Shown here one piece after another: positions 25,578-37,300 of a DNA stretch of 41,845 bases. The first letter of the stretch is position 1. Each line of letters begins with the position of its first letter. The notes below the pieces were generated by a model, which was given only the letters and a program-made list of their open reading frames with translations, had not been told where the DNA came from and did no database searches. The DNA comes from Octopus bimaculoides (lineage: Eukaryota): contig NC_069002.1 in NCBI RefSeq assembly GCF_001194135.2, positions 30,308,773 through 30,350,617 of the forward strand, in the 5' to 3' direction. The position numbers and the translations under genes are program-made.

Positions 25578-28500
25578 NNNNNNNNNNNNNNNNNNNNNNN
25601 NNNNNNNNNNNNNNNNNNNNNNNNNNNNNNNNNNNNNNNNNNNNNNNNNNNNNNNNNNNNNNNNNNNNNNNNNNNNNNNNNNNNNNNNNNNNNNNNNNNN
25701 NNNNNNNNNNNNNNNNNNNNNNNNNNNNNNNNNNNNNNNNNNNNNNNNNNNNNNNNNNNNNNNNNNNNNNNNNNNNNNNNNNNNNNNNNNNNNNNNNNNN
25801 NNNNNNNNNNNNNNNNNNNNNNNNNNNNNNNNNNNNNNNNNNNNNNNNNNNNNNNNNNNNNNNNNNNNNNNNNNNNNNNNNNNNNNNNNNNNNNNNNNNN
25901 NNNNNNNNNNNNNNNNNNNNNNNNNNNNNNNNNNNNNNNNNNNNATTATTATTATTATTAGGTGGCGAGCTGGCAGAATCATTAGCATGCTGGACAAAAT
26001 GTTTAGTGGTATTTCATACATTTTTACATTCTGAGTTCAAATTCTACTGGGGTCAGCTTTTCCTTTCATCCTTTCAGGGTCAGTAAAATAAGTACCAGTT
26101 GTGTACTGGGGTCGATGTAATTAAGTAGCCCCTTCTCCAAAAATTTCAGGCCTTGTGCCTGAAGTAAAAAGGATTATCATTATAATTAAAAGTTTTTATA
26201 AATAAAATAAAATAAATTTTCAAGAAATCATTATAATTCTTTGACATTGTTATTGTTGCAGCTTCGCGCCGTTCTTTGACAGAGGCCCACATTCCTGGTT
26301 ACACAGGTTACATTCCCAAAATCAAAGCCACTGACACAGGACTCGGCTGTCGCTACCATTCGTCCAATTCCATTGCATTAAAACAGTTCTGGAGCAGTCG
26401 ATTACCAAAGGAGCAGAATCTAGAAATGTGAGTATGAGGTGGGACGGGGTAGAGGAAGTGATGCAGTAAGAGAGAAACCTTGGTTAGATAGAATCTCAGT
26501 AGAGATGAGAGATGCTAGGACAGACTGGGTAGAGCTGTGCATACAGGGAAGTGTTTGTGTGTACTTGGCAAAGCTTAAGTAGAAGCTGGAGAGAGTTTTT
26601 GTTACACAGAGCCCATATAAAATTTTGATAGAGTTTTGGAAAATTTTGGTGGAGTCTGAGAATAACTTTGAAATGACTTTGGTTACAGTGAACTTGTGTA
26701 GAATTTTGGTATAATGTTTGGTAGAATGTGGGAAGAACTTGAGAAAATATTCAGTAGAACTTTGTGATTGATATCGATTTTTATAAGGAAAAAAGATTGA
26801 CACTGACTTTTGGATCAGCAGCATTTTTCAGATTGTAACTTTTGTTTTATATTTCTATCTGGTTTCTCAAGTATTTTATATAATTTTTATGTAATTTTTA
26901 ACATGTTCACTACATTTTAATCATTGTAATGTTTAATATTCAACATGTTCACAATAACAGTTAAACCTTATTCATTATAATATTTAATCCTTTAGCATTT
27001 AAGCCAGCCATATCCAGCCAAAATAATCTACCTGTATTATCTTTAAAATGGTCAGATCCAGCCTCTCACACTTATCCTATAATATTCTAAAACTAAACAA
27101 GGCAGAAATGTTAGCACACGGAGTGAAATGCTTGGCAGTATTTCATCTGTCTACATTCTGAGTTCAAATTCTGCCGAGGTTGACTTCGCCTTTCATCCTT
27201 TCGGGGTCAATAAATTAAGTACCAGTTGCATACTGAGGTCAATCTAATCAACTGGCCCCCTTCTCCCAAATTTCAGGCCTTGTGTCTAGAGTAGAAAAGA
27301 ATATTCTAAAAATAAACAATCACATCATTAAAATTTCAAAGCTATGAGATAATACAGGATTAATTCAAAACATTGTGAATAAACAAGCATTATGTTTGAC
27401 AGAGAAATGTGAATGCTGAATGGTCAAACATTCTAACATGTCCATTATATTTAATTATGTTAATGTATTCACAATAAGTTACATGTTTAACATCTTCACA
27501 TTTCTTATGGGTCAGTTTCTTTTTTTCTAAATTGCTTTCACAGATCAAACAAAAGTGACACAAGGATATACAGAATTGAGGGCATGATTCCTCACTACAC
27601 GGGGTATCTACCACGTAAGTAAATCGTTTTTTTTTAACCGCAGGTCAGCCTTCATCCATCAGGCCTATTATCAACAGTGTTCCTGCCATGATCGTCTCAT
27701 TTTCCCAGACATAATGTAATCACTAATGGTTGTTCTCTCCTGCAACTTTTCTGCATCGAGAGGTCACTGCTCAAGTACTACAGACATCATCACTCTTTGA
27801 TGTCTGCTTTCCATGCTGGCATGGGTTGGACAGTTTGACTGGAACTGGCATGCTGGAGAGCTGCACCAGACTCCAGTCTGATTTGGCTTGGTTTCTATGA
27901 CTGGATGCTCCCCCGAATGCCAACCCCTTTACAGTGGGTGCCAGGTGTTTTTAATGTGCCACTAGCATGAGTGCTTTTACATGGCACCAGCACAAGTGCT
28001 CTTTACGTGGCTGGCAGAATGTGTTTGTGGCACAGTTAAGAGACTTGCTTTTATGTGCCACCAGCATGGGTGCCATTTTCATGACACCTGTATCTGCCAC
28101 AACTGCGATTTTAATCAGCTTGATGGGTCTTCTTTTCAAGCACGACATAATGCCAAAGGTCTTGGTCATTGCCTACATGAGGCTCAACACTCAAAAGGAG
28201 CTTGGCTACTTTGCCTCCATGAGGCCTGTTTGAAAGGAACTCAGCTGCCTTACCTTTGTGAGGCCCAAACACTCGAGAGGAACTCAGCCACTTTGCCTCC
28301 ATGCGGCCCAGGAGCTTAGTCGCTTTGCTTCTGGAATTAATCATGAATTGTCTTAGCTTTGAGATCTCAAGGATAGGAAGGACATCCAGCCATAGAAACC
28401 ATGCCAAATCAGACTGGAGTCTGGTGCAGCCCCTCAGCTTGTCATCCCTGGTCAAACTGTCCAACCCATGCTAGTATAGACAATGGACATTAAATGATGA

Positions 28501-28832
28501 TGATGACGGTTATTTTATTCTTTTATTCTTTAGAATGGCATTGTTGGGTAGGTGTGAGAGGCCAGATCTGGTTGGTTTGAACATAGAACATGAATATTTG
28601 GGCTGGGCATGTCCAGTTTAAATGTTAAAGGGTTAGATGGAAATTTTGTGTATGTGTGTGTGTATGTTTGTGTTGTTTCAAAGAATCCTGCTTCTTTTTG
28701 ATTGCAGAAAGCCGATACCAATATGGGAATACTTATGGTGACACCTGCCGTTCTTTGGAAGTGTGTTCTCGCCAGAAGATATGTTTTGATCACCATGAAC
28801 AACAAATACGACCTTTCTCAGTCATTTTTTAA
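17255..28832 (+). CDS. SPMIP5: C10orf82/SPMIP5-like (FAM166/CIMIP2-related) ciliary or sperm microtubule inner protein, 7 exons, 298 aa
   Basis: Exons of 86+76+148+225+166+71+125 nt sum to 897 nt and splice in frame at GT-AG junctions. The product has four repeats ([36 protein letters not shown]). The central part resembles human C10orf82 as recalled ([37 protein letters not shown]). Orthology is not tested, so the symbol is tentative. Confidence 0.8.
21039..21140. repeat. 16-bp minisatellite (AACAGGAGGGGAAGAC) x6
   Basis: Units start at 21045, 21061, 21077, 21093, 21109 and 21125. Confidence 0.92.
21301..21376 (+). CDS. MIP gene exon 2
   Basis: Acceptor ttttgcag; encodes [25 protein letters not shown]. 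The donor AAG|GTTCAG is weak but is the one that fits the phase-0 exon 3. Confidence 0.85.
22089..22319. repeat. Inverted repeat, about 105-bp arms, 20-bp spacer
   Basis: 22089-22194 pairs with 22215-22319, with about 4 substitutions and 1 indel. Confidence 0.92.
22474..22710. mobile_element. Second copy of the 230-bp Tc1/mariner-type MITE
   Basis: Reverse complement of 2720-2948, including the internal segment TATGAAACCATTATTCTATGCTAATTTAG. Confidence 0.8.
23067..23214 (+). CDS. MIP gene exon 3
   Basis: Acceptor ctctccag; encodes EIEESQW...SQLITGYT(G). Donor ACAG|GTATGC. Confidence 0.85.
24154..24378 (+). CDS. MIP gene exon 4
   Basis: Acceptor tacttttag; encodes [16 protein letters not shown]...[21 protein letters not shown]. 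Donor GCAA|GTATGT; phase 1-1. Confidence 0.87.
24490..24710 (+). mobile_element. R4/Dong-type LINE 3' fragment
   Basis: [23 protein letters not shown]...[21 protein letters not shown]. Confidence 0.85.
25110..25400 (-). mobile_element. R4/Dong-type LINE 3' fragment adjoining (TAA)n
   Basis: [43 protein letters not shown]. Confidence 0.85.
26262..26427 (+). CDS. MIP gene exon 5
   Basis: Acceptor ttgttgcag; encodes [36 protein letters not shown]. Donor AAAT|GTGAGT. Confidence 0.9.
27544..27614 (+). CDS. MIP gene exon 6
   Basis: Acceptor ctttcacag; encodes [23 protein letters not shown]. Donor CCAC|GTAAGT. Confidence 0.9.
28708..28832 (+). CDS. MIP gene exon 7 (terminal coding)
   Basis: Acceptor tttttgattgcag; encodes (Q)[19 protein letters not shown]...SVIF*. 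The stop overlaps AATAAA at 28831-28836. Confidence 0.87.
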
Positions 28833-29214
28833 TAAATACAGAAAATCATAATAAAAAAATAATAAATACAAAACTATACAAATTAATAATAATAATCCTT
28901 TCTACTATAGGCACAAGGCCTGAAATTTGGGGGGAGGGAACCAATCGATTAAATCGACCCCAGTATGCAATTGGTACTTAATTTATCAACCCTGAAAGGC
29001 AAAGTCAGCCTCAGCAGGATTCGAACTCAGAATGTGAAATGTTGGAAGAAATGCTGTTAAGCAGTTTGTCTGACATGCTTAATGATTCTGTGAGCTGACC
29101 ACCTTCATATTAAGTACTAGACTTAAATTAAGTAAAATGGCTGATTTGAGCAACCAAACCCTTCAAGGTGGTGCCCCAGCATGGCAGCAGTCATTGAATA
29201 AAATACTACAGAAG

Positions 29215-29420
29215 AAACTCACAATAGGGATAAATTTAGAGAAAAACCCACAAAAATAGACAAACCCATATAGATAGGACAAACCTACAAAATTAGGACA
29301 AACTTACATAACTAGGACAAACCCATAGAAATAGTGGTAAACTCAGAAAAACAGGACAAACCCACAGAGATAGAGGCAAACTCAGAAGAATACAAACTCA
29401 TAGATATAAAACAAACTGTT
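29215..29420. repeat. Degenerate minisatellite, unit about 17-18 bp (CAAACCCA.AGA.ATAGGA)
   Basis: A CAAAC(C/T)(C/T)A motif recurs at roughly regular spacing. Confidence 0.65.
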
Positions 29421-29803
29421 AGAAAGAGGGACAGATATTTAGAAATAGGACAAGCTCACGTAATTGAATTAGGGTAAAAAGCTGATGAGGACTTCGCCAA
29501 AGAGGAAGATGTCTGTTTCCAGCCCTTTCAATTCTGTCCACCATATAACTGCTTTTGCTAAGAGCACCAGACAGATAAACACTGCTTACCCATCCCAGCC
29601 AAATTAAGGATAAAATGACATGCACCCTATGGAATATGTTTGAAATAAGAGAACTCTTCACAAAAGATTGTGGATGGTTGAAATTGTTTTATTTTTGCCC
29701 CCTCCCCATGTCCCCTTTAATACATGTATTTACAAAAATAGAGTCATCTTTAAATAAAAATAATAATAATAATAATGGTGTGACTTCTTCCATTTTCTCA
29801 TTC

Positions 29804-29938
29804 TCAGCTCTTTCTTGAAAATTTTCCTTTCAAAACTTTCATTGTTCTTATCTTTTCCACTTTTCTCTTTTTGGCAGCAACTTTGGCAATGTTCTGCTTC
29901 TGTTTCCTCTTGTAAGAAATGTCTGGTCGGGTAACAGC
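29804..29938 (-). CDS. UTP20: UTP20 last coding exon (basic NLS-like tail)
   Basis: AVTRPDISYKRKQKQNIAKVAAKKRKVEKIRTMKVLKGKFSRKS*. Acceptor aatgcag. Candidate AATAAA on the minus strand at 29688-29693. Confidence 0.92.
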   Translation of the reverse strand, partial: AVTRPDISYKRKQKQNIAKVAAKKRKVEKIRTMKVLKGKFSRKS

Positions 29939-32900
29939 CTGCATTATTTGAAATAAAACAGAAACAATTGATGGTTTAACTGTAAAAACTTTTGACAGAA
30001 AAACAAATAAATATTTAAGTATGTATGTAGACATGGCTGTGAAGTTAAGAAGTTTGCTTCCCAGTCAAGAGCTTTGAGGTTCAATCCTTCCTTCTGTGTA
30101 TCATCTAGGGGCAAGTGCCTTCTACTACAGCCCAAGTCTGACCAAAGTCTTGTGAATAGATCTGATACAGAAACTGAAAGAAGTTTATATATATATATAT
30201 ACAAGAGAGAGAGAGAGAGAGAGAATGAATAGTGAGACATCCGTACATTGTTGGATTTAAGAGACCAAGTCTTGTGCAACACCTTTGCCATTCCCTTGGT
30301 CACCAAAGTAGGTTCCAGTGACAAGCATTGCAAAATGACTGCTATTAATTCGACTGCAAGTTTTATGCCACAAGACATCTCTCTTAGAAAAACTGCCTTC
30401 CCCATGGCTTTGACAAAACCAACGGCAACTTCTTCTACCCTTGGAAAATCTATTTAACCCATAGATGGGACACTGACAAGTATTACCATTCCAGGTAAGA
30501 ATGGACTTAGGAGTATGGTAAGTAAAGGTGACTCCATGCTTAATACAATACCAGGGTATATGTATATATATATATCCAGCTGTAGAAACCTTGCCAGATC
30601 ACACTGGAGCCTAGTGCGGCTTCCTGCCTTGCCAGTCCCCAGTCAAACCAGCCAACCCATGCCAGCATGGAAAACGGACGTTAAATGATGATGATGACTT
30701 TTTCATGCTTGCATGGGTCAGACAGAATTTGTTGAGGCAGATTTTCTACAGCCAGTTACCCTTCCTGTCACCAATCCTCACCTGTATTCAAACAAGGTGA
30801 TACTGTCCCAGGGCCAGACATACTTTTGCAGAACATCAAAAATGAATGGTACTGCTTGTATGGCAGTGACAGTACTTTTACAACCAGCATGCAATGTCAA
30901 GACAAGGAGACACAAACACACACAACACGCTTCTTTCACCCACAAAATCCCTGCACCAAAGTCTTCAGTCAGTTCAGGGCTATAATAGAAGACGCTTACT
31001 CAAGGTGCCTCGAAATGAGACTGAACCCAGAGCTATGTAGTTAGGAAACAAGCTTCTTAACCACACAGCCACACCTGTGCCTATATACATATAAATTGAA
31101 AAGTAACACAGAAAACACAGTCATTGTTAATGTCTTATATGACATACATGTGTTTCATGAGATCAGCCGACTTAATTACGCAAGCATAAAACCCAGTTAT
31201 GTGAATAAATGCTGCTGGTCCCCATTCATCGGTGTTACTCAGCAAGTGAAGTGAAGTGCAGAAAATAGTGAATAACTCACCTCAACTGCTTTCCTCTGTT
31301 TACGGGAGGAAATTCGCTCCATCCGTACTTTCTGTGCTTGAGCAAACTTCTCTGAGAAGACGGTGGTGCCAACTGTTTTCTTTAACAGTTCCAACACTTC
31401 TTGGGTCAGTGCTTTTAACTTTGGATCTGAAATAATAATAATAATAATAATAACAATAATGGCTTCAAATTTTGCCACAAGGGCAGCAATTTTGGGGGAG
31501 GGGTATAGTCGATTACGGAAACTGATAGATGGAAACTGAAAGAAGCCTGTCAAGTGTATGTGTGTCTTTGTGTCCATGTNNNNNNNNNNNNNNNNNNNNN
31601 NNNNNNNNNNNNNNNNNNNNNNNNNNNNNNNNNNNNNNNNNNNNNNNNNNNNNNNNNNNNNNNNNNNNNNNNNNNNNNNNNNNNNNNNNNNNNNNNNNNN
31701 NNNNNNNNNNNNNNNNNNNNNNNNNNNNNNNNNNNGGATTCATTCAACTAAAAATTCTTCAAGGCAGAGCTCCAGCATGGCCACAGTGAAATGACTGAAA
31801 TAAGTAAAAGGATAAAAAGATAAAAAGAGGTCTGCAGTGTCAGGACAAACCTGGGGCTAAACAGGAATGAAGGAAGGAAGGAAGAAAGGAGGGAGGGGGA
31901 GGGAGGAAGGAAGGAGGGGGAGGGAAGGAGGAAAGATGTAGGAATAGAAAAGGTAAACAAGGCAAGAACGGTGAAGAGGCACCAACCTGGCATTCTTCTG
32001 GTGTTGTTGAGTTCTCGATGGAGAGCCGGGAGTACAATGTGTATGATGTCTGTCAGGAGATCTGGTCCAAGGTCGATGGCAACGGCAGCAAACCATTTAA
32101 AGACATACGACCGCTGTAACGAGGAAGAGACATTAAGATTACAACATCGCACTACCTTGATAATAATAATAATAACAACAACAATGATATAGTGATGAAT
32201 TTAAATAACAATCTCTGATTTTGATCTCATATATACATAGATAGATATATATATAAAATATATAGTTTTAGGGAAAATAACCAAGTTTCAAGAACTCATC
32301 GATGAAAATCCACTGTCACATATAGAAAAATTAACAATTAAAAGCACAATAAATGAGTATAATATAAAACAAAGTAAATAAAAATGTTTTATATTATACT
32401 CATTTATTGTGCTTTTAATTGTTAATTTTTCTATATGTGATAGTGGATTTTCATCGATGAGTTCTTGAAATCAGTTGTGGCGTGCAAGAGAGACGATTGC
32501 GCTGGTATGGACATGTGGTGAGAATGGAGGAGGATAGCTGCGTGAAAAAGTGCCACNNNNNNNNNNNNNNNNNNNNNNNNNNNNNNNNNNNNNNNNNNNN
32601 NNNNNNNNNNNNNNNNNNNNNNNNNNNNNNNNNNNNNNNNNNNNNNNNNNNNNNNNNNNNNNNNNNNNNNNNNNNNNNNNNNNNNNNNNNNNNNNNNNNN
32701 NNNNNNNNNNNNNNNNNNNNNNNNNNNNNNNNNNNNNNNNNNNNNNNNNNNNNNNNNNNNNNNNNNNNNNNNNNNNNNNNNNNNNNNNNNNNNNNNTGAC
32801 ACGTAAAAGCACCCACTACACTCTCTGAGTGGTTGGCGTTAGGAAGGGCATCCAGCTGTAGAAACTCTGCCAAATCAGACTGGAGCCTGGTGTTGCCATC

Positions 32901-34304
32901 CGGTTTCACCAGTCCTCAGTCAAATCGTCCAACCCATGCTAGCATGGAAAGCGGACGTTAAACGATGATGATGATGATGAAAGCTCAATTTAATTTTGAT
33001 TTTTTATAAATTGATTTTAATTGAGTTTTTACCTGTAATTTTGGATTTTGTCCCTAATATTATTATAGATAGATATATATGTATACACACACACACACAT
33101 ACACAGGTGTGGCTGTGTGGTAAGTCTCCATTGCCATCAATTTCAGCACACTGACAGGTAATGCGTTCTCTCATGTGGCTTTAAATCTGTAATCTTTATT
33201 GAGTAAACTTTCTCTTTCAACATACCCCAGAAAAAGAAGCCAAGGGGAGAAAGGTTTGGTGAACAAGGGGACCATTCCACATGATCCCTTCTTCCAATCC
33301 AGCGAGGAAGTGTCAAAAATAACATAAATAAATTTAGAAAAGTAAAGTATTTTTTAAATTTAATTTAAACAAAAGTAAAAAAAGAAAAATCATTATTTCT
33401 TATATTTAATTATGTTATGATTTTATTTACTCCATGTACCCAGACTTTGTGAACACCCTGTATATAAATGTACACAAAGACACATTTAATAGAGAAATTT
33501 GTACATCTCCTCTCCTTTAGTACAGAGAAGCATATGAATAGAAACGGAGACACAGCATGGCAGTGTAGTAAGAAGTTTGCTTCCTGACCACATGGTTCCA
33601 GGTTCAGTCCCACTGCGTGACACATTGGGCATGTGTCTTCTGGATCAAACAAAGCCCTGTGAGTGGAATTGGTAAGCAGAAGCAGAAAGAAGCCTGCCAA
33701 GTGCGTATCTATGTGTGTCATTGTTTGTCTCCCACCACCACTTGATAATTGGCGTTGGTATGTTTACATCCCCATAACTTAGCAGTTCAGTAAGAGAGAA
33801 TGACGGAATAAATACCAGGTTTAAAAAAAAAAAAAGAAAATAAGTAAGTACTAAGGTCGATTTGTTCAATTAAAATTCTTTAAGATGGTGCCCCAGTATG
33901 GCCAGTCTAGTAACTGAAACAAATAAAAGACCAAAAAAATTAAAAAATGTATATGTGTGTGTATATATGTACGTGTATGTGAGTGTGTGTATATATATCA
34001 TCATCATCATTGTTTAACGTTCGCCTTCCGTGCTAGCATGGGTTGGCCGATTTGACTGAGGACTGGTAGAACCCGAAGGCTACACCAGGCTCCAATCTAA
34101 TTTGGTAGAGTTTCTACAGCTGGATGCCCTTCCTAACGCCAACCACTCCGAGAGTGTAGTGGGTGCTTTTACGTGCCACCGGTATGAGGGCCAGTCAGGC
34201 AGTACTGGCAACGGCCACGCTCAAAATGGTGTATTTTACGTGCCACCTCCACAGGAGTCAGTCCAGTGACACTGGCAACAATCTCGCTCGAATGTCTTTA
34301 CATG

Positions 34305-34345
<41 letters not shown>

Positions 34346-37300
34346 AGTGTGTGTGTATATATATATATATGTGAGTGTATGTGTGTGTGCAAACAAATAA
34401 GGCAAAACCAAACACCACCTCACCTTTAATACGCATCTTGGGTTGTGAATGTTTTCATAATGAGCCTCATGGATCATTTTACGTGTGACCCAGGGTAGAG
34501 ACACCCTGTACTCTCCGGGACCTTCATCTTCCTTCTCCTCCTCTTTTTCTCCGTCTTCCTCTTCCTCCTCTTCTGCATCCATTTCTTCCTCCTTTTCTCC
34601 CACTTCTACAGGTTCACCGATATCCTCATCTGCTACCGCCTCTCCTTTTTCTACTTCCTCTTCCTCCGCCTCCTCTTCTTCATCCTCCTCTTCCTCTGTC
34701 TCTTCTTTCTCTTCCTCCTCCTGCAACTCATCAACTTCTTCTTCATCATCATCGCTGTCATCTTCTTCCTCTTCTCCTTCAACATCCATGCTCTCCTCCT
34801 CCTCCTCCACCTCCCCCTCTGCCACTGTCTTTATTCCTACTTCTTTCAATGTCTCCTCTGCCTTCACCTCTCTGTCCTGGGACTCGCCCTCAGCCTTGTT
34901 GACCTTCACCTTNNNNNNNNNNNNNNNNNNNNNNNNNNNNNNNNNNNNNNNNNNNNNNNNNNNNNNNNNNNNNNNNNNNNNNNNNNNNNNNNNNNNNNNN
35001 NNNNNNNNNNNNNNNNNNNNNNNNNNNNNNNNNNNNNNNNNNNNNNNNNNNNNNNNNNNNNNNNNNNNNNNNNNNNNNNNNNNNNNNNNNNNNNNNNNNN
35101 NNNNNNNNNNNNNNNNNNNNNNNNNNNNNNNNNNNNNNNNNNNNNNNNNNNNNNNNNNNNNNNNNNNNNNNNNNNNNNNNNNNNNNNNNNNNNNNNNNNN
35201 NNNNNNNNNNNNNNNNNNNNNNNNNNNNNNNNNNNNNNNNNNNNNNNNNNNNNNNNNNNNNNNNNNNNNNNNNNNNNNNNNNNNNNNNNNNNNNNNNNNN
35301 NNNNNNNNNNNNNNNNNNNNNNNNNNNNNNNNNNNNNNNNNNNNNNNNNNNNNNNNNNNNGGAATGAGAGAAAGAGAGAGAGAGCAAAAAAGTAACAGAG
35401 AGAAAGAGAATGAGTAAGGGGGCAAATAAAAGAGAAAGGGAATGAGAGAAAGAGAGAATGAGCAAATGAAAGAAAAACAGGGAATAAGGGAGAGGAGTGA
35501 ATGAGTAAGAGGGGGAATGAAATAAAGAGAAAAAGTGGGGAATGAGTGAAAAAGGGATTGAGAAAGACAAACAGACAGACAGAGATACATGCACAATGAA
35601 TGAGGGAGAGTAAGAAAAGAATAAGAAATATATAAAATAAAAAACAAGCAAACATAAAACATAAAGAACAATGCAACAAAGAACATCTCTTAAAGATACT
35701 CTGATAAAAAGGACAACCCCTGCAGTGATTGTTGTGTCCTCTCTGGGGGACACAACAACATGGCTGAGTGGATAGGGGTTGGGGGATAAAAAAGGGGTTC
35801 AAATAGCTTGAGTTCAAAATTTACCAGTGATGGGGGTCGTCGTTGTTTAACCCAAGGCCAACTCCTGGTGAAGTAGATCTATGATCAAAACCATCCCAAC
35901 CATGACCCTCCTGTCTTTTTTTTGTAACCAGAGACTATATTGTTTAAATGTAACCTTCCCTGGTTTGGGGATTAGGAAGGAATACCATATCACTTGGTGT
36001 CATAAGAGGCAGGTAACTATAAGGGTCAATATGAGAAAGGGCAGCTGGTTGTAAAGCATTGCCCCCCTAAAAATATCCAGTCCAACCCCTGTAAGTCTGG
36101 AGGCTTAGTGGTTAGGGTGTTGGACTCATGATCGTAAGATTGTGGTTTCAATTCCTGGACTGAGTGACACATTGTTTTCTTGAGCAAAACACTTCACTTC
36201 ATGTTGCTCCAGTCCACTCAGTTGGCAAAAAAGAGTAATCCTGCGACGGATTGGCGCCCCGTCCAGGAGGGGAATATATACGCCACGGAAACTGGGAAAG
36301 TGGCCCTAATGAGTCAGCATGACCTGAGAAGATAACTTTTTACTTTAGTCTGGAATAATAGGAAAAAAAAAATGGACAGAGTGAGATTTGGCTGCTATTA
36401 AGGTAGTTAATTCTTCATTATTTTCAAAATTAATTGAAACAAAAATAGTGTATTTTGTTAGGAATATGTTAATTTCTATGTTTTAAAGTGGTCTAAATTA
36501 AAATCTTCCACCAAAATCTTATATAACTTCAACAATGACAGTTATTTTGCTAAATTCTTTATTTTTTTTTCACAATTAATTTGAAACAGTGGCAGTTGTA
36601 TTTCAACAGAAATATGGTAATTCAAAAGGGTCCAATTTAAAATCGTCCATCAAAATTTCATGCTAATTCATGTTCCAAATATTAGCTTTAACAATGAGTT
36701 ATTTCATTAAATTCTTCATTATCTTCAAAATTAATTGAAACAGAGGCAATGTATTCGTTAAGGTGTTTCATTGCGATTCCAAACTTCTGCTATAATCATT
36801 TAATAACTATCGATTCACCAACACGTAATTCTGATATCTCTTCTCAAACGGCTTCCATGACTGCACAAACCAGTGTTTTTTGTAACCCCAGCACACATGC
36901 ATACTTGGGGTGTTCAGATTCCACCACCAGGGTATTACAACAGAAATATGGTAATTTTAAAATGATCTAAATTTAAATCTTCCATCAAAATTTCGTGTTA
37001 CGTCCTAAACATCAGCCCAACCCGTTTTTTACCATAATTCTATTGAAATACGGTTTTCCTTTCAATTCATTTTGAAAATAATGAAAAATATACTAAAACA
37101 ACTTTATCGTTAATTAGTCTGGGATATAAATTAGCATGAAATTTTAATGGTAAAGTTTAATTCTGATTACTTTAAAAAAGAAAGTCTGTACGAGAGAGAG
37201 AGAGAGAGTGAGAAGAAGAGAGAGAGGACTTGTTTACCTGTTCAGCTTGTTGTTTCTGTAACAATGTTGTCTGTAACTGACCTATACTGTTTAATACAAG

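Noticed and set aside
27644-27719. Strong-looking acceptor 29 nt after MIP exon 6, a possible mutually exclusive terminal exon
   Set aside because: The sequence resembles a dispersed repeat (similar stretch at about 35840-35930) and the peptide lacks family motifs. The true next exon at 28708 fits better.
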